Virus record (IMG/VR): IMGVR_UViG_3300028025_004880
Strand: one strand, 5' to 3'
Source: a virus
Lineage: Duplodnaviria; Heunggongvirae; Uroviricota; Caudoviricetes
DNA: 64,000 nt
Below are positions 22,001 through 31,415 of the stretch, piece after piece (positions within the stretch are counted from its first letter, which is position 1; every line of letters starts with the position of its first letter). The translations under genes and the position numbers were made by a program. A model generated the notes under the pieces. The model did not search any database, was not told where the DNA came from, and saw nothing but the letters and a program-made list of their open reading frames with translations.

Positions 22001-22776
22001 TAAAGAATTTGGTTAATGATGTGCAAGAATTTGATATCAACGTAAGTGATATTGACAAGCGAATTTTATTGAACAATACAATAACATCTTCACTAACATT
22101 CGCAAACGCTACATCAACAACATGTACAATATTAACTGATGATGACGCTGCAGATAATTTACTATCAACTATTACACCTGGAAAATTTATCCAAATAGAA
22201 AATGCCAGCATCGATCTAAATGGTACTGGACCTGTCGGCACTTCAACAGGAAAATACCATGTTAAGAGTGTTGTAGTTTCATCTGATACTGTTGATTCTG
22301 GTGATGCTGAGGGCGATAAGGTATTGGTTACTTTGTCTGGTCAATTTAATGCAACAGGAACTATTGCAACTAATACACAAGGTTCGACATTCGCGATTAG
22401 CGTATTGGATAAATTCTTGTCAGATAATGCAGCAGTAGGTTGCAGCAATGCAGCAAATTATGTTACTAGAGCTTTATCATTATCTTCTCCTGCAGATTCG
22501 TTTAAAATTATATTTGACGCAAACTTGCCTGAAGGAACTACCTTGAACGTGTTGTATAAAACATGGTCTAATCCTGTTGAACTAAATAATGTTCAATACG
22601 AAAGCACAGGGTTCTCTAAATCAACATCAGATGCACGTGATGTATTCAGTGAAAGAATGATAACAATTGAAAACATTGCTCTGTTTAAAAATATTATTGT
22701 GAAGTTGGTATTAAAATCCAACCATCCTGTGTATGTTCCGAAACTTAAAAACTTAAGAGTGGTTGCTTATTCATAA
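16057..22776 (+). CDS. giant virion structural protein (2239 aa), a baseplate- or fibre-associated protein taking the place of gp9-gp12
   Basis: Single uninterrupted ORF. Thr/Ser/Asn/Gly-rich beta-type composition. It sits in the position where T4 encodes gp9-gp12. Conserved-looking N-terminus NPYYDDYADEDLFLRVLFRPGYAVQARELTQAQTILQ. Confidence 0.6.
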   Translation: MTINFNVNPYYDDYADEDLFLRVLFRPGYAVQARELTQAQTILQKQVSRLGDHIFKNGSMVIPGGVNVDNQVHFAKLEDLYQGIAVKSYLTQFVDKVITGTTSGLKAVVVDTSECACVLADEKEIATLYYKIDGTGDDDTTKRFIPGEQLIAYEVDNQTTTNYRLATNQTGDLVVNIRGFGDTGLVGTTYTNNPIKDVLGYGYVVEVEAGIYYIDGFFVRNEELHLYIGRFSTDTTARVGFSVTETIVTPEDDGALNDNAQGTNNFAAPGAHRYKIELSLAKKQLLTTDEDRFIELVRVKQGRVQQILSKSSYAELEKTFARRTFDESGSYEVNKFKLSAFEHLQDANNPLGIYTATDGGNEDKFVVEIDPGKAYVQGYEIESVAGQYLSLNKARDAATGHILSLNNQPVATPVGNYVLVRNIYNYPDFSTFSTVYLVKKLNASGGAAPSAADVIGTAKVRSFQLHNGDYATPIFKLSLFDIKIDAGYSFENHVKSIVSGLSGSTNFTCNIVSNNKQLTGSATSATNTTAVTGTGTKFTSELVADDVIFIDGVQAGTLASTPTNNAALTLSANSAVAKTAGIVSVFRAKIFEPDSQALIFKIGYESIKTLLGFDGSAYSLNETSSKVRRIFGTKTAADNKIEYTLNTNLETFPSDLDISNYLLYNTSTNAVVAITPADVTITVNNTKVEISGLTNGTIYRLIATVTQANTEGSAKEKILATNTEYITGQKTVINKIIPLAKNDLLKIDSIIMNAGDFTGNTFTTGIDVTNRFTLDDGQRDTHYTNGSLVLKPGEAVPSGALRVVYKYFNHGGTGDYFSVDSYTNSINNNPTFNYEDIPSYSVKNADGKVDTIYLHDVIDYRPCIGGNNTSFNEIPVIGNEMTTDIAYYLPRFDKIVLDSVGRFNVITGVPSANPQEPLDPKDGMVLASVMIPAYTKSVSDIKFYQRDNRRYTMRDIGDLERRISNLEYYVSLNLLETETAQLQIKDAITGIDRFKNGFIVDQFTGHGIGDVKNEDYRVSIDTVNRELRPMHETNAVAIVEDLESAAQRVNSGYAKTGDIISLPYTKEPFIFNPNATRTIDVNPYKIGAFKGEIILNPESDVWKDTERRPDLTVVDDNGYDAIRFMAEQLGVTGTQWGEWQTNWTGISTATSTWQTGNPNARRQTVTGFEQTVTTQTGTSSREGIQTSLTGTTNAVDYGDRVVDISYAPYMRARPIVYVAKNLKAQTKFYAFFDGRSISQFIKPADVFKVNLATGANKMIFDPAQLTENILTDSIARTENGIVQPAFSVGDVVENETHTPTNITSISHITNVLGASSFTISVASATQIKPGHFVQLYNLGPSRVIASTNTLFADQVRGNSTIIDYTLNTSRELNYRIFKVTNVSGTTLTLADPNGATIPAFSAYNTAAYNNGDGGKVKRLTASGVVAFAGAVTTYTTVNNVVYPSDMEIHVVNIKNGFAPGDVLQGTTDIEIGIKNRVDLELINGTGVGLLPTMKVVGDSIKTDIWGSAVGVYNLPEATFKSGERTFKLIDNISNSDADFDSKGSAFYISSGTTLAKERTIVNSRDVRFVQDRLYEEIPVRRTSTSTRVLYSYWTGHDPVAQTFTVSSLGGAFVTGVDVYFQEAGNRPISIELRTTNNGVPSSKIVPLTEVTKSPQEVNTSENGSVPTRFEFASPVYLQDAETYALIVKTDEPGCQIFVSELGQSDIITNNIVTSQPLTGSLFLSQNTQEFQINPLLDLKFTLYQAKFDTSATLTASFKAVPPTTINLDVNPFEISKGTAKIRVSAKNHGFAAGDKVVISHVPIGNYGTNDPELGIPSTLLNGIQTVIADGLSDNNFVFEIATQDNLSPPNLLLAKKATGPVQTTLATLVKGNYGGSGIKISRQLSADQIYVKTADLTFPETTLRYKVSAENAAGTASPFASIVTNSDYIFDTRKVVKSLENQFVNVVTGAIRPSLRLQAELSSTNENVSPIIDMQKITTYVVKNLVNDVQEFDINVSDIDKRILLNNTITSSLTFANATSTTCTILTDDDAADNLLSTITPGKFIQIENASIDLNGTGPVGTSTGKYHVKSVVVSSDTVDSGDAEGDKVLVTLSGQFNATGTIATNTQGSTFAISVLDKFLSDNAAVGCSNAANYVTRALSLSSPADSFKIIFDANLPEGTTLNVLYKTWSNPVELNNVQYESTGFSKSTSDARDVFSERMITIENIALFKNIIVKLVLKSNHPVYVPKLKNLRVVAYS

Positions 22777-22994
22777 TGCATAAAGTTGAGAATTTTCCTG
22801 ATCTTAAGAAAGACTTGAATACAGGTGGTGTAGTTAACACCAATCTTGATTCTTATGAGAGTTACAAGCTGTATAGAGCTAAACTTTTAGCGGAACAAAG
22901 CGAAAAAGTCGTCATGACAGAAGAGATAAATAACATGAAGAACGATATTAATGATATCAAATCAATGCTTAAAACTTTATTAGGTAAACCATAA
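22776..22994 (+). CDS. small coiled-coil protein (72 aa)
   Basis: ORF coupled to the giant gene by ATAATG. Heptad-like C-terminus EEINNMKNDINDIKSMLKTLL. Possibly a fibre or assembly chaperone; that is speculation. Confidence 0.4.
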   Translation: MHKVENFPDLKKDLNTGGVVNTNLDSYESYKLYRAKLLAEQSEKVVMTEEINNMKNDINDIKSMLKTLLGKP

Positions 22995-23203
22995 TGGCGC
23001 TCCAAACACCTGTTGTAACTGTACCACAAACTGATACCTTTGATCAGTGGCGTGTAAAAACAAACTCTGTCATCACACAGTCGAATCAGACTGTTCAAGA
23101 CGTGGGTGACATCGCAGCTCTCGGTGGTGGACAGTCTAATTTAGTTCAAGCAATAAATGATGGTACAGATTTTTCAATTGCGATAACAATTGCGTTAGGA
23201 TAA
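22994..23203 (+). CDS. hypothetical protein (69 aa)
   Basis: ORF in the track, ATAATG-coupled to the upstream gene. Confidence 0.4.
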   Translation: MALQTPVVTVPQTDTFDQWRVKTNSVITQSNQTVQDVGDIAALGGGQSNLVQAINDGTDFSIAITIALG

Positions 23204-23206
23204 TAC

Positions 23207-23530
23207 ATGGCAAATAATTTTAAAAATGCTTTAGCACGAAACGTAGGGACATCTGCGGTGCAGGTCTATCAAGCACCAGCTACTAAAAAAGCGATTATGA
23301 TCGAACTCGATTTATGTAATACAACACAGGGTGCTGTTACAGCTGATGTGTATATAACATCAGGTGGTAACAATTATTATGTTGTAAAAAACGCACCAGT
23401 TCCAGTTGGTGGTTCGTTACAGGTAATCGCTGGTCAAAAAATCGTTTTATTTAATTTAGATACTATAAGTGTGGTGTCTAGTGCTGGCACATCTTTAGAT
23501 GTTATTGGTTCTATTTTAGAGGACGTTTAA
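23207..23530 (+). CDS. hypothetical structural-module protein (107 aa)
   Basis: ORF in the track, beta-rich composition, TAATG-coupled to the next gene. Confidence 0.45.
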   Translation: MANNFKNALARNVGTSAVQVYQAPATKKAIMIELDLCNTTQGAVTADVYITSGGNNYYVVKNAPVPVGGSLQVIAGQKIVLFNLDTISVVSSAGTSLDVIGSILEDV

Positions 23531-24960
23531 TGGCTTACATCGGTTCAGGTCCAGAAGACACAACAACAGGCGCACGACCAAGAGATGAGTATCTTGGTAA
23601 TGGGGTTCAATACATTTATCCATTGGGTCAACAAGTTCCAGGTGGATTCGAGTCTGGTTTAATTGTAGTTGTCGATAACGTAGTACAAGAACCTGTAGAA
23701 GCATACTTAATTTCCGATTTGGTATTGCTATCAATAACAAATATCGCAGGAACAATTACCACTAGCAAATATATCCGCATAGGTTCAGCTGAGGGTATAA
23801 TCGTACAATCAGCCAGCACTTTCGTGCGTGTTTATAAAACAACACCAAACGCTAACTTTACTACTGGTTCAGCTATAATTGCAAACACTTCTGGTGGCAC
23901 TAGTGTCGCAACAGCTACAATCTCAGCTGTGGCTGTAGAAGAAAACAAAGGATTACACTTTACTGGTGTTCCTGAAGCTGGTCAAAATATTTACGCATTA
24001 CATCAAGGTGGATCCACTTATCAATTACAACCTGCAGCTGGATCTGTAACGGCAGAAACACTTTCCGCGAATTTAAAGGCATTTACTGTAGATAAGTTTG
24101 TTGCCACGCAAGGACAAACTGTTTTTAATCTAACACAAGTTCCAGCATCTATACAATCAATAATTGTTACAGCAAATGGATCAGTCTATACTGATAATGT
24201 TGACTTTACTCTGTCGGGAACAACATTAACATTGGCTGTAGGTTTATCTGCTGGTGTTAAAGTTACTGTGTTCCACTTAGGATTCGGCACTGTTTCAAGA
24301 AACGCATTTACCGATGGCTCAGTATCAACTCGTGCTCTTGAAGATTTAGCTGTAACGACTGCGAAACTTGCAGCTTCGGCAGTTACTGGACCGAAACTAG
24401 CGAATGGCGCTATCGCAGCTTCTTTGGGATATACTCCTTTAAATAAAGCTGGCGACACTGTCACTGGTACACTAACAGTAAATAATCTTATTTTAGGTAC
24501 AGCTACTTCGCAAGGAAGAATTCAATTTCCAGCAAACAGTTTCCCATCAACTGATCCTTACACATTAGACGATTATCAAGAGGGCGATTGGTTCCCTGTG
24601 CTAGAAATAAACAACGCTACAACTGGTATCGTACAGGCAGGAACAACATACGGCACGTTTACAAAAATGGGTAATAGAGTTTTTTGTACAGGAAGAATTG
24701 TGTTGACTAACAAAGGCGCATTAACTGGAACAGTAAAAATATCTGGTGTACCATTTGCGGTAGCGAATGAGCATATCGCCCAAGTTGCTATTATAAATGG
24801 TAGTAGTGTTGGTTCTACATTAGGTCGTTTATCAAACAACTCAGGTCTCATTTCTTTAGTTACACAACCTACATCTGGTGCGTTCGTTAACGTCGCAGAT
24901 ACTAATATAACTAACACAACTGAGATCTTTTTAAACTTTATGTATCAATCTAACGACTAA
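23530..24960 (+). CDS. fibre-like structural protein with an N-terminal domain resembling the T7 gp17 tail-attachment domain (MAYIG paralogue 1)
   Basis: N-terminus MAYIGSGPEDTTTGARPRDEYLGNGVQYIYPLGQQVPGGFESGLIVVVDNVVQEP is a paralogue of the 31416 ORF. It follows the T7 gp17 pattern DGSNRDFNIPFEYLARKFVVVTLIGVD. The rest is Thr/Gly/Ala/Val-rich beta-type sequence. Confidence 0.5.
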   Translation: MAYIGSGPEDTTTGARPRDEYLGNGVQYIYPLGQQVPGGFESGLIVVVDNVVQEPVEAYLISDLVLLSITNIAGTITTSKYIRIGSAEGIIVQSASTFVRVYKTTPNANFTTGSAIIANTSGGTSVATATISAVAVEENKGLHFTGVPEAGQNIYALHQGGSTYQLQPAAGSVTAETLSANLKAFTVDKFVATQGQTVFNLTQVPASIQSIIVTANGSVYTDNVDFTLSGTTLTLAVGLSAGVKVTVFHLGFGTVSRNAFTDGSVSTRALEDLAVTTAKLAASAVTGPKLANGAIAASLGYTPLNKAGDTVTGTLTVNNLILGTATSQGRIQFPANSFPSTDPYTLDDYQEGDWFPVLEINNATTGIVQAGTTYGTFTKMGNRVFCTGRIVLTNKGALTGTVKISGVPFAVANEHIAQVAIINGSSVGSTLGRLSNNSGLISLVTQPTSGAFVNVADTNITNTTEIFLNFMYQSND

Positions 24961-24983
24961 ATAGTAATAGGAGATACTACAAA

Positions 24984-25226
24984 ATGGCCATAAGCAAAAT
25001 AAAATCAAACTCACTGCAAGACGATATTCAAATGCAGGGTCAAACCGTAAGACTGCCTGTCGGCGAACAGGCTAACAGACCAGTTGGTGATCCCACTACA
25101 TATCTGAAGGGTCAGTATCGTTTTAACAATACTACAAAGAAAGTTGAACTTCACGATGGTTCGAAGTGGGATTTAGTTCCAACTCAATCATTGACTGTCG
25201 CATTTGGTATAGCATTGGGAGGATAA
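24984..25226 (+). CDS. hypothetical protein (80 aa)
   Basis: ORF preceded by a CTAAATAGTAATAGGAGAT promoter/RBS-like leader. Confidence 0.4.
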   Translation: MAISKIKSNSLQDDIQMQGQTVRLPVGEQANRPVGDPTTYLKGQYRFNNTTKKVELHDGSKWDLVPTQSLTVAFGIALGG

Positions 25227-25229
25227 CCC

Positions 25230-25850
25230 TTGGCATTTTGGAATGATGAGGTGGTCGCCGTAAGGCGAAATCAAGGTTACGTAGTACAGAAATTGTGTGG
25301 TGAAGCTGGTGATATAGGAATGATCACTATACCATGGAAGGGTTTGTGTACTGTAACTTTTATAAAGCAGGGTTCAGTTCATGTTGTTAATGAACATGGA
25401 AAAATTCTTGGTAAATTGGGAACAGGAAGATTTCATTATTCATTAATAGATCTAGAAACTAGGAAAGAAGTACCATTTCGAAACGCAGCGAAAGTTGAAC
25501 CTGTAGATGGGTATATTCCCACTAAAGAAGAACTTGACGCAGCAGGTGCTCAAAAACAAATAAAGCTGGTGAGTCTTGAACCGACAGTATTTTATTGCAT
25601 TAGCGATCCGAATGGGCAGTTAAAATTAGATGGAGAATTATTTGAGTTTACAGAAGAATCTCCATACTATGATATATCACCTGAGCAACTGAAAAGATTG
25701 ATACCTATTGACGATGGAATAAGACTAAATAATGAAGAGATTAAAATTCATAAAGTTATATACACCGACCAATATGACAACCTCAGAATATCAGGAACAA
25801 TTGGTTCGCAGTTTATAATTTTTAAATATGTTGGAAATATTCAACAGTAA
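25230..25850 (+). CDS. hypothetical protein (206 aa), apparent TTG start
   Basis: ORF in the track begins at a TTG. It is 3 nt after the upstream stop and has no in-frame ATG nearby. Confidence 0.4.
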   Translation: MAFWNDEVVAVRRNQGYVVQKLCGEAGDIGMITIPWKGLCTVTFIKQGSVHVVNEHGKILGKLGTGRFHYSLIDLETRKEVPFRNAAKVEPVDGYIPTKEELDAAGAQKQIKLVSLEPTVFYCISDPNGQLKLDGELFEFTEESPYYDISPEQLKRLIPIDDGIRLNNEEIKIHKVIYTDQYDNLRISGTIGSQFIIFKYVGNIQQ

Positions 25851-25874
25851 AGACATTTATAAGGAAATGAAAGC

Positions 25875-28800
25875 ATGGCAAAAAAGTTAATATACACTGG
25901 ATATACACTGGATACCGTAAATAATACCATTCAAATTCCAGGAAATATCAGACCGAACAGATTGTTGTTGATGACTGATGTGACAAACAATCAGATTATC
26001 TACAACTTCGCAGATCCTACGCTTGGATATGAGTCATTTAACTTTTCGGAGCAACAAGAAGCAACTACTTATGTTCTGACTGCAGACTTGTCAACTCTTG
26101 GTTGTTTGGATGACGACGAAGTTCAAATCTTCATTGAAGAAGATCATGCGAAAATTGGCTTCGAAGAAGCAATGATCGACCCAGTTAATAAACTCCGTGT
26201 TTCAACTCCAGGCAACTTGATCGATACCGACTTTGAGTATGGTCTACAAGGAACTAAGTGGGAAACCTTACAAACTGTTCAAAATATTCCAACAATTTAT
26301 TCTTCTGGCGGTGACGTTCCACTAGAAGGATTGAGATCAATTACTACAACAGCTGCTTCTAAAGTTGTCAAAGTAACTTTAAATCAAGGTACTGATCTTA
26401 AACTTGGCGACCCAATCGTTGTGCTTGGTGTTACACTATCTCTAGCTGAAGGCGCATTCCTAATTACTGGCGTTTCCTCTTCTACAGAATTTTTCTATGA
26501 GATCGACCAAGCAGCATCAAGAACAGAAGTTATTTCTGGTTCTTATACGACAGTTACCCAAGCAAAATTTTTCGAAGGTTCAGCATTACCAATCGATGAA
26601 TCAGATGGTCTAGGTATTGTAACAGACGCTGCAGCTGGCAATTCTCTTCTTACTATTGGTTGCCCAGAAGTTCATGGTTTAAATCCTAGAACTAAAGTTT
26701 ATCTTAGAAATACTATCGGACCAAAATCATTAGTAATAGCAAATGCAACTGCAACTGCTGCAGACGGAAGACCAACTGTCGATATTTCTCCAGCTATCGT
26801 AACTACTGCATCAGTTGATGCCACACTTATAACAAATAGAGGTGGATTTTTAGAGTTCCCAGTTGTTACATGGGATTGGACATCTACATATAATTTGTAT
26901 CTAAGTCCAGGAATAGTCGATGTTGATACAGATCAAATTACTTGGACAGCTCATGGCTTAAGAGATAACTATTGTCTTGTGTTCCAAACACAAACTCGTA
27001 ACCTATCTACAGGTGGCATGGTTGACGGAACAGTCTATTATGTTAAACGAGTTACAGACAACACTTTCCAATTATGTACCGACTACGGAACATTGGCCAG
27101 CGTTGTTAATCTTACTGCGCTAGACATTACACGTGGTCATCCAAGACTAGGATTGGTTTACAAAGTTGAGCAGAAAAACGGCACAGAACGTGCGACTGCA
27201 TTCTTCAATAGAAATAATACAGTAAACACAAATGGTGTAACCAGAAACGAAGCATCGCAAACATACAGCGGAACACAAGTAAACTACTTGGTTGATCTTA
27301 CAACTACATATGGTGTAGGAAATGTCCCTTGGGCACTTACACTTTCACAGGTAAACTTCTCTTCATCTGCAGGCACTTTTGCTGGTTCTGGTGTAAACAT
27401 ATTCTTCGGTGATGGTACACCTACAGGTCGCGTAAATTCTCAACGTGTCGGTGCTGCTGGTGCTGGATCTGGATCAATATTCCCAAATCTTGCCATTAAC
27501 ACTGCAATTTTCCAAGGTAATGGAACATCTTACAATGGTGTTGGAACAACTGCAGGTAGATACTACTTCGGCTATGGATTGAACCCAGATGGTGGTATGA
27601 CAACCAAAGACAAATTCGGTAACCCAACATCTAACTGGTCAGTTCAACAATTTTTCTCTGGTCAGTTCCGTCCTTCCTCATTGAACTTGAATCATTCTGG
27701 TAGCGATTTCGCAACAACTCAATTCGGATTAGGTGGTAATGGTTCTCGACTAATCGCTTTCCAAAGCAGAACACCTGATAGTGCATATACAAATAGTGCA
27801 GATGGTTATTCCTTCTTACCGAACCAACGTCTAAATGGACGCTTTGGTACAGGTGGTCACAAGTACGGTAACGCTGCATCATCGACAAACAATTTTGGTA
27901 TTATTAATACCAACTACACCGATGCAGGTTTATCTGTATTCTCTGGTAACAGTACTCATGTTTACTACATGTTTGCCAATGATATTCCATCTAACTTCCG
28001 TAATAGTATATTCCAAGCAGGGCACGGATACGCCAACAACGATTTGTGTGAAGTTACAGTTACTAACTATACAACAAGCAATAGATTTGAATTTGTTGAC
28101 AGTACTGGTAATAGCATTCCTATTGCTTCATCAACTTTTGCTGCTAGAATTACTGTAGTTACAGAAGATTTGTTTAAACTTCAACCAACTCAAGCACCAA
28201 ATACTGACGATATTTCTAACTATCCTGCAGCCTTTGTTGTTAGTGTTCAGAAAATAAACCCAACATACAACTCAATCTTTGTTGCAAACCACAAAATCAC
28301 ATCAACAAGCGATGCGACGTTTACAACTCAAGGAACAGCGCCATCGCCATTAACAAATAACCAATCACTTCGTGTTGCACGTTTGAATGATAATCGTCTT
28401 ATCTTTAAACAAGCGTCTGGCGCACCAGCGACAGCTGTAACATCAGCCTTTGGTAATACATCTAATGCTGCAACTGACTTTAACATAAACTTCCAAACTC
28501 CACTTGGTCTAGACCCTTCTGTTGCCTCTATTACTAAAGTTGAATATCGTGGCGACTTTAGAAATTCCACAGAATTCGTTGTGTTAAAGTTTTACAACGC
28601 TGATGGAACTACAGTAAATAGCACGTTTAATATTGGTAACGTGGCACCGAAGGCATTTACTTCTGCCTTCCAGACAGCAACAAACTGGACATCTAAAGAC
28701 GTCTCTGCATTGTTAAGAACTGATGGTGGGTTTAAGGGTATTCGTGTTCAGGTTGACCCAACATCTGATGTTAACGCAGCTCCTGCAGGTATGAGTAACT

Positions 28801-31403
28801 GGTGGGAACTACGATTTACTGTTAGCGCATCTTCAGAAGATATCCGCTTAACTACACAGGGTGTTGGTCAACAAACAATTACTTTGGTAAATCAAGTCGG
28901 CGCATATGATGGCGCATATCCAATTCAAAGCGTCCCCGCAGCTGATGGTGGTAAGTCTTTTGTGCTTCAAGCGCCATTCCAAGTTGTGAAGAGAACATAC
29001 AGTATTGTATCGGCAAACGTCGATACAGCCAACGATATTATTACTACCTCTGCAACAGCGGATCATAATCTAATCTTGGGTGAGCAGATTGAATATGATC
29101 GCAATGGCAATACTGCTATTATTGCTGATGAAGCAAGATACGTAATTCCGATTACTGACAAGACTTTCCGTCTAGCAACTTCTGTGCAAGATGCTATTGA
29201 TGGTAACTATGTTCAAATTAATGCGCCATCTGGAACTCACTTCTTTAGATCTGCTAACATTGTTAAAGGTCTTGCGGGTGTTGGTACAGTGGCAGGAACA
29301 GTAAATCAGAAAACTATTACTGGAACATCAACTAAATTCCTAACAGACTTTAAGAAGGGCGATAACCTCTACATGTTTGTTGGTGGTCGTATGCGTAAGT
29401 TTACCGTTGATCTAGTGTTTACTGATACATCTATGTCTATTCTAGAATCTGTTCAGGCTACTACTGCGTCTTCAAAATACTTCTTGAAAACAACAGTAAA
29501 CCTACGTCCTGATGGATATAACTTACACAAGTCCTTCGATGGTGGTGTTGATATTACTGCAGGTACTTCTCCAAATAGTAAGATCGTTCGTCAATCTCGT
29601 AAGTATTTCCGTTACCAATCTGGTAAAGGTATTCAAAACTCTTTCGCGATTAACTTCTCGCCAGCTAAAACACTGGCTAAGTTGACATATAACACAGGAA
29701 CAAACCTTATTACTGCAATTACGCAAGAACCACATAATCTTGCAGTTAATGATAGTATTACAATTCAAGATGCGGTAACAACAACAGGAACTAACTTCTA
29801 TAATGGTCAGTTCCTAATTAATTCAATTATTGATCCGTTTACTTTTACAGTAACAGCTGGTGGTCAAATCCTTCAATCGATTGCTTCTGGATTCCCAGAA
29901 TACTACAGAAATGAATGGCGTGATTCATATATTCGTGCGGGTATGTTTGATGATCAGAACGGATTCTTCTTTGAGTATGATGGTCAAGAAATTTATGTTG
30001 TTCGTCGTTCTTCAACACTACAGCTCTCTGGTGTAGTTGCGGCAACTAAAAACTCTCAAGTTATTGAGGGAACTAATACAAGTTTCCAAGGACAAATAGT
30101 TACAGGCGATTACATCTCTATTCGTGGTTCTTCGTATAAAGTTGTTTCGATCCAATCTGATAGTCGTTTAATTATTCAACCAGCATATCGTGGTGCATCT
30201 TCAACGCAAGTTAAAATCACCAAGATGGTTGATGTTAGAATACCAAGAACTGAGTGGAACCTAGATCGTGCCGATGGACTTGGTCCATCAGGTTATATCT
30301 TCAACCCACATAAGATTCAGATGTGTTACGCTGACTATTCATGGTATGGTGCTGGTAAAATTCGTTTCGGATTTAAAGATCGTTATGGACACGTGTTCTA
30401 CTTCCATGAATTTATCCACAACAACAGATTGAACGAATCATACTTCCGCTCAGGTAACTTACCTGGACGTTATGAGATCGACAATGGTGATGATCCTACA
30501 TCTTCACCTACACTATTCCACTTCGGTACTTCTGTTATTATGGATGGTTTGTTCTCTGATGACGGAGCATATAAATTCTCTGCTATCTCTAAGCCATACG
30601 TATTCGCCAACGGAGTAACAGGAACAGTTACAACAAATGCAGTATCGGTCTTTGAGCAAATTACACTACGTGGTAAACGTGTATATGTGTACACTCTTGG
30701 TGTGAGCGCTGCCGATGCTGGTAAAGTTACACAGGGTCAGTTGATCCGTGATGCTTCAGGTGTGTTACCTACTGCTACCTACATTACGCAGGTTAAAGTG
30801 CTTGGCGCTGCATCGAAAATTTATACAAACTATCCAGCCACTGCCGTTGTTCCAGATATTGGAACATATGTGGACGTAGCTTCAGGAATTGTTTGTACTT
30901 TCGGTGAGATATCCGCAACTGACTTGACAAGACCACAGCCAATTATATCGATTCGACTAGCCCCATCTGTTGATTCTTCATTAGTTGGATTCTTAGGTGA
31001 GCGTGAAATTATTAATAGAATGCAGGTTATTCTTGATTCTGTTTCTATCACTACATCGAAAGAAATTGACTTGTTCCTAGTATTGAATGGTCAACCTTCT
31101 AATCTTGTGTTTACGAATGTGGGAACTCCTTCGTTGTCACAGTTTATTGATCACAATACTGGCGACTCTGTTGCTGGTGGTGTTACTCTATATGTGGGTA
31201 AAGTCAGTGGTAATACAACATCTTCCTTCGAACTAAAAGGATTAGTTGACTTGGGTAACTCTATTTTGGGCGGTGATGGTATTTTCCCTTCTGGTCCAGA
31301 TTTGTTAACATTATTGTGTCAACCTACAAATACTACGACCATTACTTCTTCTTCGCCGTTTATTGTATCAGGAAAACTTTCTTGGTCTGAGTCACAAGCA
31401 TAA
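25875..31403 (+). CDS. giant virion structural protein 2 (1842 aa)
   Basis: Uninterrupted ORF with Thr/Ser/Gly/Asn-rich beta-type composition. N-terminus YTLDTVNNTIQIPGNIRPNRLLLMTDVTNNQIIYNF loosely follows the same gp17-N-like pattern. AAGGAAATGAAAGCATGG RBS. Confidence 0.6.
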   Translation: MAKKLIYTGYTLDTVNNTIQIPGNIRPNRLLLMTDVTNNQIIYNFADPTLGYESFNFSEQQEATTYVLTADLSTLGCLDDDEVQIFIEEDHAKIGFEEAMIDPVNKLRVSTPGNLIDTDFEYGLQGTKWETLQTVQNIPTIYSSGGDVPLEGLRSITTTAASKVVKVTLNQGTDLKLGDPIVVLGVTLSLAEGAFLITGVSSSTEFFYEIDQAASRTEVISGSYTTVTQAKFFEGSALPIDESDGLGIVTDAAAGNSLLTIGCPEVHGLNPRTKVYLRNTIGPKSLVIANATATAADGRPTVDISPAIVTTASVDATLITNRGGFLEFPVVTWDWTSTYNLYLSPGIVDVDTDQITWTAHGLRDNYCLVFQTQTRNLSTGGMVDGTVYYVKRVTDNTFQLCTDYGTLASVVNLTALDITRGHPRLGLVYKVEQKNGTERATAFFNRNNTVNTNGVTRNEASQTYSGTQVNYLVDLTTTYGVGNVPWALTLSQVNFSSSAGTFAGSGVNIFFGDGTPTGRVNSQRVGAAGAGSGSIFPNLAINTAIFQGNGTSYNGVGTTAGRYYFGYGLNPDGGMTTKDKFGNPTSNWSVQQFFSGQFRPSSLNLNHSGSDFATTQFGLGGNGSRLIAFQSRTPDSAYTNSADGYSFLPNQRLNGRFGTGGHKYGNAASSTNNFGIINTNYTDAGLSVFSGNSTHVYYMFANDIPSNFRNSIFQAGHGYANNDLCEVTVTNYTTSNRFEFVDSTGNSIPIASSTFAARITVVTEDLFKLQPTQAPNTDDISNYPAAFVVSVQKINPTYNSIFVANHKITSTSDATFTTQGTAPSPLTNNQSLRVARLNDNRLIFKQASGAPATAVTSAFGNTSNAATDFNINFQTPLGLDPSVASITKVEYRGDFRNSTEFVVLKFYNADGTTVNSTFNIGNVAPKAFTSAFQTATNWTSKDVSALLRTDGGFKGIRVQVDPTSDVNAAPAGMSNWWELRFTVSASSEDIRLTTQGVGQQTITLVNQVGAYDGAYPIQSVPAADGGKSFVLQAPFQVVKRTYSIVSANVDTANDIITTSATADHNLILGEQIEYDRNGNTAIIADEARYVIPITDKTFRLATSVQDAIDGNYVQINAPSGTHFFRSANIVKGLAGVGTVAGTVNQKTITGTSTKFLTDFKKGDNLYMFVGGRMRKFTVDLVFTDTSMSILESVQATTASSKYFLKTTVNLRPDGYNLHKSFDGGVDITAGTSPNSKIVRQSRKYFRYQSGKGIQNSFAINFSPAKTLAKLTYNTGTNLITAITQEPHNLAVNDSITIQDAVTTTGTNFYNGQFLINSIIDPFTFTVTAGGQILQSIASGFPEYYRNEWRDSYIRAGMFDDQNGFFFEYDGQEIYVVRRSSTLQLSGVVAATKNSQVIEGTNTSFQGQIVTGDYISIRGSSYKVVSIQSDSRLIIQPAYRGASSTQVKITKMVDVRIPRTEWNLDRADGLGPSGYIFNPHKIQMCYADYSWYGAGKIRFGFKDRYGHVFYFHEFIHNNRLNESYFRSGNLPGRYEIDNGDDPTSSPTLFHFGTSVIMDGLFSDDGAYKFSAISKPYVFANGVTGTVTTNAVSVFEQITLRGKRVYVYTLGVSAADAGKVTQGQLIRDASGVLPTATYITQVKVLGAASKIYTNYPATAVVPDIGTYVDVASGIVCTFGEISATDLTRPQPIISIRLAPSVDSSLVGFLGEREIINRMQVILDSVSITTSKEIDLFLVLNGQPSNLVFTNVGTPSLSQFIDHNTGDSVAGGVTLYVGKVSGNTTSSFELKGLVDLGNSILGGDGIFPSGPDLLTLLCQPTNTTTITSSSPFIVSGKLSWSESQA

Positions 31404-31415
31404 GGAGCCTCAAAG